Shown here: piece after piece, positions 38,324-48,250 of the stretch | Numbering within the stretch: position 1 is the stretch's first letter | Layout of the letters: each line of letters begins with the position of its first letter | Assembly: GCA_964551605.1 (NCBI GenBank) | Contig: CAZKCV010000001.1 | Span: forward strand, 1 to 59,991 | DNA length: 59,991 nt | Source of the DNA: an uncultured Gammaproteobacteria bacterium | GTDB lineage: Bacteria > Patescibacteriota > Microgenomatia > Daviesbacterales > UBA10151 | Reading direction: 5' to 3' | Program-made: the position numbers and the translations under genes | The notes under the pieces: generated by a model | Databases searched by the model: none | What the model saw: only the letters and a program-made list of their open reading frames with translations | What the model was told of the DNA's origin: nothing

Positions 38324-39865
38324 ATGACTTCGGAAGTTAACGGCGAAAAATATTTACCAATACCGACTGATGAACTCTGCCTATCAATGGCAGAGAGTCA
38401 TCTTGAACAAATAGCCCGACTTAAGGAAAAACTGGGACGGATGGAAACAAGCCCCTGGCAAACTACTCCTAAAGCAGTCCTAAAAACAAAGGCTCAGCTT
38501 AAGACATTGAGAGCCAAGCCGGCAGAGGATTTAAATCTGCAAAACGGCCTCAGGCTGTGGAAAGAAAGACAAAGACAGCAGGAACAACTTTCTCTTCAGA
38601 CACTGCCGCAGGTACCGGAGACCACTAAAAGACCGGTTTCTGAATTTGGATTGGCAGTCAGGCCATTTGCCGAGGCAGCCCGGCATGCCCATAAAACCAT
38701 TAAAGAGATTCGAGAGTCTCATCCTCTCGGGAATATGTTCGGTCATGAGACCTCAGAACTAAAATCAGCTAGGATTGGTTTCAGTTTTAACACCAGTCAA
38801 ATTATCAGCCGTGTTAACGAATTAAGGGTAGAAAGTGCAGTCCAGGAAGGCACCTTAGACCCTAAAGAAATCAACAGTATAGTTATCCCCCAAATCCAGC
38901 CTCCCCGGCCGGCCGTCAGCTACCGGGTACCGGAAGCGCCGCCTCTTCAGCATGCTGATCTGTGGCCCCTGCCTATCTACCGTAATCCGGATCTTAATCC
39001 GGGTTTTGAACGCCACTTAATTACTGCTGCACGTCAGCTCTCTCCGGACGGCCAAAAAACCGGGCTTGTTCTGGCAGTTGGCCGTACCCTTTCAAGGCAT
39101 ATTACGGAAGGTCCTTGGAACTCTGTGCCTACCGAGTTTCGCGACCAGGCTGGATTGGCCCAAGGGGTGGCTGAAGTAACAGGCTGGGTAAGTCAGTTTG
39201 AAAATCAAACATTGCCCATTCCCACTGCAGCCGAACTGGGAAGAGTCGGTAACGGACAACTTAAACATACTGAAAATTTTCTCGCTGCCGCACTGGCCAA
39301 TCATCTGCTGCAGGAACTTAAAAATCCGCATCTGACGGAAAAAGATTTAAGGAAACTTTACCGGGAGTTTTCCGACACGGTGGGCCAGGCGGCTGAGTGG
39401 ATCGGCAGTCATGGCAATGAAACAGTTTGCAAAGCTATCGACAATCTGCCGCCGGTAGCCGGGGTATCGGTGATTGCCCGGCTCAGCACCCAACGTTATA
39501 CCCGGTTAGGTTTTCCCTGCAGTCTGTTTATGAGTGAAGAAAGGATGGCAGAGATATTTTCTAACACAGGGTATGATTATAAGTTTGGCCGAAAGAAAGA
39601 AAAAGGCATTCAAGAGGAGGCTGGCTATCATATCCAGATCATACTTGACTGCCTGAGAGAACGCATGAACCAGGAAGATATTAATGTACCACGGGTGTTT
39701 ACGATCCTGGAACAACTCGATTATGGAGATCTGGTACTCGAAGGAGTTTTTGAAGGAGCGGATTCCCAGGGTAAGGAAATCCTGCTTCAGGCTTTGGCTG
39801 CATGTTCCAGCTTCCCGACTTTAAGGCGTAAACTAAAACACCGTTTTGACCAAGGAGATTATTAA
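38324..39865 (+). CDS. Large hypothetical protein (about 513 aa)
   Basis: Long open frame; start taken at ATG 38324, 7 nt after TGgTAAACT; no family recognised. Confidence 0.75.
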   Translation: MTSEVNGEKYLPIPTDELCLSMAESHLEQIARLKEKLGRMETSPWQTTPKAVLKTKAQLKTLRAKPAEDLNLQNGLRLWKERQRQQEQLSLQTLPQVPETTKRPVSEFGLAVRPFAEAARHAHKTIKEIRESHPLGNMFGHETSELKSARIGFSFNTSQIISRVNELRVESAVQEGTLDPKEINSIVIPQIQPPRPAVSYRVPEAPPLQHADLWPLPIYRNPDLNPGFERHLITAARQLSPDGQKTGLVLAVGRTLSRHITEGPWNSVPTEFRDQAGLAQGVAEVTGWVSQFENQTLPIPTAAELGRVGNGQLKHTENFLAAALANHLLQELKNPHLTEKDLRKLYREFSDTVGQAAEWIGSHGNETVCKAIDNLPPVAGVSVIARLSTQRYTRLGFPCSLFMSEERMAEIFSNTGYDYKFGRKKEKGIQEEAGYHIQIILDCLRERMNQEDINVPRVFTILEQLDYGDLVLEGVFEGADSQGKEILLQALAACSSFPTLRRKLKHRFDQGDY

Positions 39866-39871
39866 TCCATT

Positions 39872-42475
39872 ATGGCACAACCGGAAAACCGCTCGCTGAT
39901 CCCGCTGGGGGCCGACACTAAAAACGCCCTGGTATCCATTCCCACTCAGGAGCTGACTTCCCAACAATCAAAGCAATTGGAACAAGCCGTCAGGCAATAC
40001 TTACGGGCGCACAAGTTAACGCACAGCTATGAAAATGTCCAGAAATCCCGTGGCGCGATCCGAAGTTGTATAGAAGACGGGCTGGAAACTACCAAAGGAG
40101 ATACAAAAGTACAGCCTTTTGATAACCTGTTTGCCTTGTTTGAAATCGGATTTAAAAACCGTCTGTCCACTATTACTGCCACCCAACAACTACTTAAAAC
40201 TCTTCCCGGCAGCGGAACCTACCAGGGCTCCCTGGCACTGCCGGAATCACTTGTTGCGCCCTGTCAATCTGTCCTGGCCAAAGCTACATTTACCGCTAAC
40301 CTGGACAGTTGCCGTCAACTTACCGAACTGACTGCAGTCCGACGTCCCATTTTTAGGAAACTTCTGGCGTTTACCCGCCAACAGGTTGAGGAGATTATAC
40401 CCGGCTCGAAAACTATGGAGCTTAAACCCGAGCAGGAGGCAGGCTTGGTCAGAAATTTAATTTTCGCCTGGGTAGTTTTTCAAAAACCTCTGCCGCTTTT
40501 AGAGACTGAAGATTTTATGCTCAACAGTTCGGAGTACAAGCGGGAATTGGACAAAAAGGATAAAAACATATGGCAGGAACTGGCAACTTCAGCAGGAATC
40601 GATTCCGCAGATGCAAACTTATTTCTGGAGCAGCTTGGACAACAAGTAGGCGAACTTACTGCCACGATTCCCCGGGGGGCCACGCCGGACCCGCAAAAAA
40701 TTGACCTGGCTTTCCGTCAATTAAATCCCAATTTCCTGGTGGTTAACCCCTTCCTGAAACTGACCGAAATTTCAGAAAACCCCAAGGACCCGGAGAGCAT
40801 CTGGGATAGAAACCATGCACAAACTCTAGAAATCGGGGGAGCTTTATATCGGGTACCCCTGCCAAGCACCCTCGTCCTTACTTCTTACCGCCAGGATCCC
40901 AGAAGGAAACATCAGTTGCAGCAAGCCGCCATCCTGACCAACCAGCTGGCCCAGGAAGTCAAAGAACAGGAAACAGACCCCCAAATCCCTGCCCTGCAAA
41001 ACCGGATCGACCAACAACGGAAAGCAATCGGGAAACTGCCTGAACAAATTAGAGATGAGGCGGACTCATCAGATATTATGATGTCTAAACCGGAACTGGG
41101 GGCTTATGCCCGAACCCAGAGAGAGATTATCAGAAATGAACTGGAACTGTTTCCCTACATCCGCAGCCTTATTGCCGAACAGCTGGAAACTGCTTATCAG
41201 CTGCTGCCAAAATACCTAGACGGCAGCTGTGTCGCTGACAGCAGGGAACTGCCGGTTTTTACGGACTTATACCAAACCCCATCCTATGTTTCCAGGATAC
41301 TGCTACGGTTCCTGCGTGAGCGCTTAATGGGCAGGTTAAGGAATTTCCAGTACCTTTACGGGTCGGCGAACCTGGAGGATTTTTTAGCCACCCGAAATCA
41401 TACCAGGCTTGACAGGTATTATCCTAAAGCCCTGCAAACAACCGTCATAGATGTTCTGAAGCTAAGAAGCGCTTTTTACATAGATGATTTCAAAACCCTG
41501 ATGCCTGAATTATCAGACTGGTCCGGCGGCCGGGTGCAATTACTGGGAGGAGCTGTTGCACAGGAGATGCACGGACAAATCATTTCCGGCCTGTTAGAAC
41601 GCGCCCATGTTCCCAGGCATAGGGCAAGGTCCTACGTAGCTGAAAATATGGAAAGTTTATTGCGCGGCGATGAAGATCCTGTAAGGAGACTCTATAATGG
41701 ATGGAGAGAGTTGGCAGAACGGTTGAAAAGAGGACATCTTGATTCTTCCGCCATTCCACAGGCATTTTACGCCCAGCTTATCCACCGGTGGAAAGAAGGG
41801 CGGCTAAGAAACGCCAAATATGCCCTGGCCGGTTGGCACAACCAATACAACTACCTGAAGGATCAGGACGAGCCTATCGAAGATAAACATATAATCTCAA
41901 GCTACATAAAAGAGAAATTACCATATCTGTTGGCCAATCAGCCATATGAGCCGGCCCTGCTGTTGCTTAGAACCATTGTCCGGCTGTCCCAAGGCACACA
42001 AAGGTTGGATCAGTTGCCTGATTTAGCCGGGTTAACCAGGTTTCCGGCGCTGGAACACAAGGCAGGCGAGATCGACAATTCCGACCGGAGCGATGTAACC
42101 GAATCTCTTAAAAACCTTTTAGCCGCAAGGAATATCCCCTTAGATGAAGATGTCATCTCAAACGCATTATCGCCTTATATTATAGGTACCGCCTTAAATA
42201 ATACCAGAACGCTGGCTATTTTTTACCGCCTCGAGCCGGAAATAAAAACCTGGCTGCGGAACATCCTGGTTAAAACAAACGGCCAGCTGAAACAGGAACA
42301 AAGGATTTTGCGCAGCGATCCGACAAAGATCCTTTCGACTGCCCAAAAAAAATTGTCCGCCAGCCAGTCCCGGCTGGAAAGGCTGGAAAAAGAAAAGCAA
42401 CATGCCCTCTCATCAAGAATCAGACAACTGGAACACCTGGGAGTAATACTGCCCGAAGAAACTTTCACAAAGTAA
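39872..42475 (+). CDS. Large hypothetical protein (867 aa) with coiled-coil segments
   Basis: Long open frame 6 nt after the previous gene; helical composition; no family recognised. Confidence 0.75.
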   Translation: MAQPENRSLIPLGADTKNALVSIPTQELTSQQSKQLEQAVRQYLRAHKLTHSYENVQKSRGAIRSCIEDGLETTKGDTKVQPFDNLFALFEIGFKNRLSTITATQQLLKTLPGSGTYQGSLALPESLVAPCQSVLAKATFTANLDSCRQLTELTAVRRPIFRKLLAFTRQQVEEIIPGSKTMELKPEQEAGLVRNLIFAWVVFQKPLPLLETEDFMLNSSEYKRELDKKDKNIWQELATSAGIDSADANLFLEQLGQQVGELTATIPRGATPDPQKIDLAFRQLNPNFLVVNPFLKLTEISENPKDPESIWDRNHAQTLEIGGALYRVPLPSTLVLTSYRQDPRRKHQLQQAAILTNQLAQEVKEQETDPQIPALQNRIDQQRKAIGKLPEQIRDEADSSDIMMSKPELGAYARTQREIIRNELELFPYIRSLIAEQLETAYQLLPKYLDGSCVADSRELPVFTDLYQTPSYVSRILLRFLRERLMGRLRNFQYLYGSANLEDFLATRNHTRLDRYYPKALQTTVIDVLKLRSAFYIDDFKTLMPELSDWSGGRVQLLGGAVAQEMHGQIISGLLERAHVPRHRARSYVAENMESLLRGDEDPVRRLYNGWRELAERLKRGHLDSSAIPQAFYAQLIHRWKEGRLRNAKYALAGWHNQYNYLKDQDEPIEDKHIISSYIKEKLPYLLANQPYEPALLLLRTIVRLSQGTQRLDQLPDLAGLTRFPALEHKAGEIDNSDRSDVTESLKNLLAARNIPLDEDVISNALSPYIIGTALNNTRTLAIFYRLEPEIKTWLRNILVKTNGQLKQEQRILRSDPTKILSTAQKKLSASQSRLERLEKEKQHALSSRIRQLEHLGVILPEETFTK

Positions 42476-42481
42476 GTAAAT

Positions 42482-43399
42482 TCACTTATTGCCTGAATGA
42501 AAAGTCTTATGCACATCCTTTAGGTGTGCATTAGTGACATGGGTATAAATTTGGGTGGTGGCAATGTTGGAATGGCCCAGCATTTCCTGGACTGAACGGA
42601 TATCAGCCCCGTTAATTAATAGGTCTGTAGCAAAACTGTGCCGCAGGGTATGCGGTGTGGCTTTGACTAACAACCCCACTGCTTTGACATATTTTTCTAC
42701 AATCCGTTCAATAGACCGGGGAGTGAGCCTCATGGCTTCCCCGGCATCCGCCGGGTCCAACCGACCTTGGAAACGCACAAAAAGGGGCTTGAAGGTGTCT
42801 TTCCGGGCTGTTAGATATTTATCCAGCCACTCAACCGCCGAATCAGAGAGAAACACAATCCGCTCCTTCTGCCCTTTGCCTACAACTGAAAATTCCCGCC
42901 TGTTTAAGTTGATACTGTCCCGGTTTAAGGAAGCCGCCTCAGATACACGCAGACCGGTAGAAAATAACAACTCTAATATGGCCTTATCCCGCAAACCGGC
43001 CTTATCAGAGGTATCGGGCGCCTCCAGTAAGCTTTTTAAGGCTGCATCATCCAATATCTTAAGCGGCCTGGCCTCTGTTTCACCCAGCTCCACTTTCTCC
43101 GGAGACAGCGTTTTAACATCCACCCGGGCCAGGTAGCGGAGGAATGCCCGGAGAGCTATCATAAAGTAATTTTGGGTAATCCTTTTCAAAGGCTTTTTAT
43201 TTTTAGGGTCTGTCCATCTGGACAAATACAACCGGTATTTTCTGACCAAATTTAAGTCAATATCTTTAGGCTCAATATCTTTGGCAAATTCCAGAAATCG
43301 TTTTAGGTAATGATCGTAATTGCGGATGGTCAGCTGTGAAGCATTACGTTCCAGCTCCAGGTATTCTAAAAAGTCAGTGATCAGGGCAGAAAGAACCAT
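42482..43399 (-). CDS. Tyrosine recombinase XerC/XerD family
   Basis: RDKAILELLFSTGLRVSE, KG.KER, HTLRHSFAT, LGH, TQIY. Confidence 0.93.
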   Translation of the reverse strand: MVLSALITDFLEYLELERNASQLTIRNYDHYLKRFLEFAKDIEPKDIDLNLVRKYRLYLSRWTDPKNKKPLKRITQNYFMIALRAFLRYLARVDVKTLSPEKVELGETEARPLKILDDAALKSLLEAPDTSDKAGLRDKAILELLFSTGLRVSEAASLNRDSINLNRREFSVVGKGQKERIVFLSDSAVEWLDKYLTARKDTFKPLFVRFQGRLDPADAGEAMRLTPRSIERIVEKYVKAVGLLVKATPHTLRHSFATDLLINGADIRSVQEMLGHSNIATTQIYTHVTNAHLKDVHKTFHSGNK

Positions 43400-43400
43400 A

Positions 43401-44198
43401 TTACAGCAGTGCCAGGCCTAAAATCCCCAAAACAGTTAAAACAGAGGCTACAATAGCCAGGGTAAAGGTCAGTTCCTTTGTGCCTGCCGGAGGCAGATTG
43501 GTTCCGGGCGCATACACCGGTTTATTTGCTGAAGGGGTAGCGTACACAGCACCCTGCCCGAAACCCGGTTGAGTTACAAAACCGGATCCCACCCCGGTAC
43601 CTGCACCGGGTGTGGTACCTGATCCCGGGATAGTACCGGAAACAGGAGCAGGTGAAGCCTGGGCATTACAGGCACCTGTTCCAATGGTAAAAGTGCCATT
43701 TAATACCGAATCCAGCATATCCACTACCATACCATCCTGGACTCCTGAAACATTAGAATCAGTAGTTTTGCTCTTATTATTAGGGTCAAAATCCAAATTA
43801 ACCTGGGTGGTGCCGGTGGGAGCAGTTGAGGGCACCGTGAAATTAATACTGGCAAAAACTCCCGAGCCGGTAAAGGGCGTGCCAATGGCAGCCATGGCTG
43901 AAATGGCAATTCTGCCGGTGGAGCTGTCTATATTGGCAATGGGGTAATCCGGAAACAGGGTGCCTTTTCTAAGGGAATCCGCGGTCAGTCTGGTGGAATC
44001 GTAAGCAATGATGGCATCCACCCCTTCGGCGGGTGCGCCGCCTGTTTTAAGCTGCACATTAAGGGTAAAACTACAACCTTTGTTAAACGGTCCGCTGGCC
44101 GGGTCTATTTCCAAAGAGGTGGTCTGGGCCGACACCCCCGCAGGGAATGTAAAAAGCAACAGGTATATTGATAAAAATAGGGCAAGATATTTTTTCAT
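43401..44198 (-). CDS. Secreted cohesin-like domain protein with C-terminal LPxAG + TM anchor
   Basis: Signal peptide; GVDAIIAYD, GSGVFASINF cohesin-like pattern; G/T/P linker; LPPAGT followed by a hydrophobic tail. Confidence 0.7.
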   Translation of the reverse strand: MKKYLALFLSIYLLLFTFPAGVSAQTTSLEIDPASGPFNKGCSFTLNVQLKTGGAPAEGVDAIIAYDSTRLTADSLRKGTLFPDYPIANIDSSTGRIAISAMAAIGTPFTGSGVFASINFTVPSTAPTGTTQVNLDFDPNNKSKTTDSNVSGVQDGMVVDMLDSVLNGTFTIGTGACNAQASPAPVSGTIPGSGTTPGAGTGVGSGFVTQPGFGQGAVYATPSANKPVYAPGTNLPPAGTKELTFTLAIVASVLTVLGILGLALL

Positions 44199-44815
44199 TC
44201 TATCAAAATTTCCAAATTGTCTACTTCCCCTAAGATATTCCGGGAGCTGTTAGCTTCCACTAAATTAGAGGCGACGGTGGTATCCTTTTCAAAATTAATC
44301 AGCAAAGAAGTCTGCCCGGCGCTTTTGGCCTTGAAATTAATGGTAGCAAGCTCACCTTTGCCCAAGAAACTATTGCCCAAACTGCTGATTCCGGAAATGG
44401 ACACCAAACCTTGTTCCGCATCTACCGAGCGAAGCGGATATTCATCCATTACGTCCCCCACAGCTATATCTTCATTGGACACTTCTAAAATTTCCGGGTC
44501 ATATTGGATAATTAAATCCACTCCGGAGATACTGTTTGAACCGGTATCCACCGTTACTGAAACCGGAACCACCTCATCAACTGTGAAGCTTAGCTGAGAA
44601 ACGGCCAGCGACATCCTGGGTATTGATGCTTCAGTAGTTTGGGTATTCTGAACAAGAGACAGGGGAGTAGGGGTCCCTTTTGGCCACAGGCTAAAAACAG
44701 CATAGATAATTTCTATGACCACTGCCACTCCTAAAACAATAAAAATGATTTTAGGTACGGAAAATTTCTTTGGTTGGTTATCAATGTTAAAGTTACCGGC
44801 ATTAAAAGTATTCAT
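44195..44815 (-). CDS. Membrane-anchored cohesin-like domain protein
   Basis: N-terminal TM; VPVSVTVDT..ISGVDLIIQYDPEIL, GKGELATINFKAK. Confidence 0.75.
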   Translation of the reverse strand: MNTFNAGNFNIDNQPKKFSVPKIIFIVLGVAVVIEIIYAVFSLWPKGTPTPLSLVQNTQTTEASIPRMSLAVSQLSFTVDEVVPVSVTVDTGSNSISGVDLIIQYDPEILEVSNEDIAVGDVMDEYPLRSVDAEQGLVSISGISSLGNSFLGKGELATINFKAKSAGQTSLLINFEKDTTVASNLVEANSSRNILGEVDNLEILIE

Positions 44816-44847
44816 AATTAATTTGTACTACACTTCCCTTTTTTTTA

Positions 44848-47800
44848 CTAGCCCGGGCTCTCGCTTTCAGGAGAGGCAGTTGGGCTGGGACTTACAGTCG
44901 GACTGACAGATGGGCTGGGAGAGGAAGAAGTGGCGGGACTGGCGCTGGCTGCCGGACCGACAGCCGGGGAACTACTGGGTATGGGGGAAGGCTGGATGCC
45001 GGGATTTGGCTCCGGCTCATCGCCCCGGCCTTCCGAATCAACCATCGACACCCTCATGCAGGCCCAGTCAATCGAATTAACCCGGCCGTCCTGGTTAAAG
45101 TCTCCGGATCTGCCCCTGGCATCCGAAGTCACACTCCATTGGTTATTTAGCTCCCTCTTATCCAAACTGTTTATTTTTCCGTCGCCGCCGTCAGCCGGGA
45201 AAATATCTCCCACCCACAGCACAAAATTGGGGACATTAGTTATGCCGTCTCCTGCCCGGAAGGGAACATTTCTACGGATGGATCTGGGCGCTTTAATTGA
45301 TAAAACATAGTCCTTGCCTGATTCAAGCCTGCGGGTTAATCCGGAAACTATCCCGTCTTTATCGATAGTCACTTTTTGATTAAACCTGCCACCGCCGGCA
45401 AATGCCTCCACCAAAGTCAAATCCACATTATCCGTCTGATGGCTGGCCGGCTGCTGGCAAAAAAGTTTAGCTCCCAAAGCCAGTGTCGAAATGGAACCGC
45501 AAGAACCATCGCCGGATTGACTATCGGCATTAATCACCGATACGGGAATGGCCTGCCCGGGGTTGGCAGTGGTTAGGGTCGCCTCCAGGCTATTATCACT
45601 CCAGGAGCCTCTGATTTGCAGGGCGGTACCACCGCTTCTAACCGTACCCCTGGCCGAACCAAAGTTCCTGCCTTTAATCTTAAGGATAGTGTTGCTGCCT
45701 TCAAAGCCCAGGGAACAGCTGGTGATGGCCGGGTCATCACCCAGCAGCCTGATGCCGATATTGCGCCTTTCCACCCGGCCCCGGGAGTCTTTGAATTCCG
45801 CCCAGATAAACTTTGGTCCGGGGGTCTTGTCTTTGAACTCAAAATTATCAATTTTCACCGGCTCCACCGTATAAGGCTGCCACAGGGCGCCGGATAAATC
45901 AGCCGGTGTCTCAGCAATTCTGTAATGGGTGGTGGTCACCGGAGCAGGGGTCGGCGTAGTGGTTGGAGCAGGTGTGGGGGAAGGGGTGGGAGACGGTGCA
46001 GCCGGTGCTAGAATCTCTATCTGGGCAGTATGTTGCTCCTGATTACCCTCAGCATCCCTGAATTCCACAAAAATAGTCTTGACCCCCGGGCGTTGGTCCT
46101 GGAAAGTGTAATTACGGGTCATGTCGGCGCCGGTATAAAGCTCCCAGGGAGCTCCTGCCAGGGCAGTCGGGTTTTCCGCCACCCGGAATTCTATCCTGGG
46201 AGTTGACGCGGCGGCGGTAAAGTTACAGTCTGACCAGGGCCCCGGCGCTCCGGTCGCGGAAGTCCGTGCCGAAACCCGGTAGCGGTAGTTTTTGCCTGCT
46301 GTCAAATTGATTGGGGAACCTAAAGTCTTGTTATCTATCACAGTTCCGCCGCTGCCGTTGTAGGAAGTTCCGGTTAACCTGTTGACCGCAATACTTTCCC
46401 TCTCAAAATTCCCGGAGTTATATTCCCACAGCCGGAAATCATAAATTGTAGCCCCGGACACCGCACCCCAACTGAAGCTGACATTTTGAGGATTAACTGT
46501 TGACCCGCCGGCCGGGGTGTTACAGGCCGGGGCAGCCGTAATCGGCGCAGCAGTACAGGTGACGGATTTGGGAGAACCCTGCAGTAAAACATTCGATCCT
46601 GCTCCAGTATTTATGCCATAAGCATAAATACTGTGGGGCTGGCCGTCCCGCAGGGTAGCCGGGACTGCGAAGCTGAAACCATGGGCGTTATTGCCTCCGC
46701 ACTGGCCACCCACCCCGGCCTCCCGTTGCTGGTTGGCAGTAACCGACCCTATACCCACTCCCTGACCGGCCGGTCCGTTGGCATAGAAATCCACCCGAAG
46801 CGGGGTAGAGTAGCTATCAGCATCACAGGTCCAGCCGGTAATAGCTTCGCAACTAGCACTGTCAAAGTAACCTCTAGGATCATTGGCAGGAGGGTTAGGA
46901 TTAGGCAAACTGCCGCCGCAGGAGGTGGCACAAACCCCGGTCTTTAATTCATTGCATTGACTGGCTGCATCCGCACCAAACCCGTTACACCACTTATTCA
47001 ATATCTTCTGGTCACTACAACCATTGAAACTGGCGGAATTCATGCCTTTAATATTAGCAATGACCCGGGGAACATTAGTGGGGGAGGTTTTAGTACTCAA
47101 ACAGGCAGCACAAGTGGGACCCAAATCCGGGGACTGGTCATCTATGTTACAGGTCCCGGTATCAGTACCCGGACCGCCTCCGGTGCCTTCATGCCGTAAT
47201 TGAATACAACGATTTCCTTCAGTAAACTCATAACACCACATACTGGTAGAGGCTCTGACATTAGAAGAATCAGAGGTATTTTGGGGACAAACAGCATGCG
47301 CAGCAGCATCATTGGCGCCACCGCAGGCATTATTTGCCCCAAACCTGGCAGCATCTATTGCCGGCGCGCCACCGGTGCCTGGTTGAATTATTACCCACCT
47401 ATAAGAATTGTTTGGAACCATCGTACAGCTGGAGTTACCGGTAAAGGATGACATGGGAATTCTACAGGCATTAGGCTGAGTCCCTCCGGTTGGGGTTGAT
47501 GGGGTTGATGGAGTAGACGGTGTACCCGTATCCGGAGTACCAACTCCAACATTACTACAACTTGATCCACAATTAGGGGAAGGATTTCTTTCTGATCTAA
47601 AGCTGTAATCATCCCCTCCGTTACATGTTACTACTCCTTCGTCACATTCACGGCATTCCGGCCAAACATCCCCAACAGCATGGCCATTGCTACAGGTAGT
47701 GACAGCACCGCTAGGCGGTTGCTGCTGCCCACCTGCAGAAGAACAATCCTTTGTACCAACACAGGACCTGCCACAAGTTCCAGGGTAAAGCTGTCCCGAA

Positions 47801-48246
47801 CAAACTTGGGTAGCTTGAGCTGCATCACAAGCACCCTCAAACGTGCCCACACAACCATAACCACACGAATCGACATAACGCTCCCCATTGCAATGAAAAG
47901 CATCGCCTAAACAGAGATTCCTTACATCGCTACAATCTCCTTCAATTGGAGGTTCACCAGATTGGTTACCTCCTCCGCCCCCACCACTCGATACACACGA
48001 TCCTAGCCCATCGCACTCCCCTCCATCCCCACAGGGAGTACCTCTGGCAATATTATTATAAGGAGAAGGGCCTTCACCAACACAGTCGTTAGGAAAACTG
48101 TCACCTCCTGGTGCATTATTGGTTGGTGCATTATTGGTTTGAGCTGCCCGGGATTTTAGAATCTGCTGTTCCTGGACTAACTTTACAGATACCGGAATGG
48201 CTACAATTAAAATCCCTATTATTATCAATTTAACCAGGTTACTCAT
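44848..48246 (-). CDS. 1132-aa multi-domain surface protein with Cys-rich region, Ig/FN3-like modules and C-terminal dockerin-like domain
   Basis: N-terminal TM + QQQILKSRA; many Cys; paired dockerin loops GDIFPADGGDGKINSLD and GDFNQDGRVNSID; Ser/Pro tail. Confidence 0.8.
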   Translation of the reverse strand: MSNLVKLIIIGILIVAIPVSVKLVQEQQILKSRAAQTNNAPTNNAPGGDSFPNDCVGEGPSPYNNIARGTPCGDGGECDGLGSCVSSGGGGGGNQSGEPPIEGDCSDVRNLCLGDAFHCNGERYVDSCGYGCVGTFEGACDAAQATQVCSGQLYPGTCGRSCVGTKDCSSAGGQQQPPSGAVTTCSNGHAVGDVWPECRECDEGVVTCNGGDDYSFRSERNPSPNCGSSCSNVGVGTPDTGTPSTPSTPSTPTGGTQPNACRIPMSSFTGNSSCTMVPNNSYRWVIIQPGTGGAPAIDAARFGANNACGGANDAAAHAVCPQNTSDSSNVRASTSMWCYEFTEGNRCIQLRHEGTGGGPGTDTGTCNIDDQSPDLGPTCAACLSTKTSPTNVPRVIANIKGMNSASFNGCSDQKILNKWCNGFGADAASQCNELKTGVCATSCGGSLPNPNPPANDPRGYFDSASCEAITGWTCDADSYSTPLRVDFYANGPAGQGVGIGSVTANQQREAGVGGQCGGNNAHGFSFAVPATLRDGQPHSIYAYGINTGAGSNVLLQGSPKSVTCTAAPITAAPACNTPAGGSTVNPQNVSFSWGAVSGATIYDFRLWEYNSGNFERESIAVNRLTGTSYNGSGGTVIDNKTLGSPINLTAGKNYRYRVSARTSATGAPGPWSDCNFTAAASTPRIEFRVAENPTALAGAPWELYTGADMTRNYTFQDQRPGVKTIFVEFRDAEGNQEQHTAQIEILAPAAPSPTPSPTPAPTTTPTPAPVTTTHYRIAETPADLSGALWQPYTVEPVKIDNFEFKDKTPGPKFIWAEFKDSRGRVERRNIGIRLLGDDPAITSCSLGFEGSNTILKIKGRNFGSARGTVRSGGTALQIRGSWSDNSLEATLTTANPGQAIPVSVINADSQSGDGSCGSISTLALGAKLFCQQPASHQTDNVDLTLVEAFAGGGRFNQKVTIDKDGIVSGLTRRLESGKDYVLSIKAPRSIRRNVPFRAGDGITNVPNFVLWVGDIFPADGGDGKINSLDKRELNNQWSVTSDARGRSGDFNQDGRVNSIDWACMRVSMVDSEGRGDEPEPNPGIQPSPIPSSSPAVGPAASASPATSSSPSPSVSPTVSPSPTASPESESPG

Positions 48247-48250
48247 ATAA

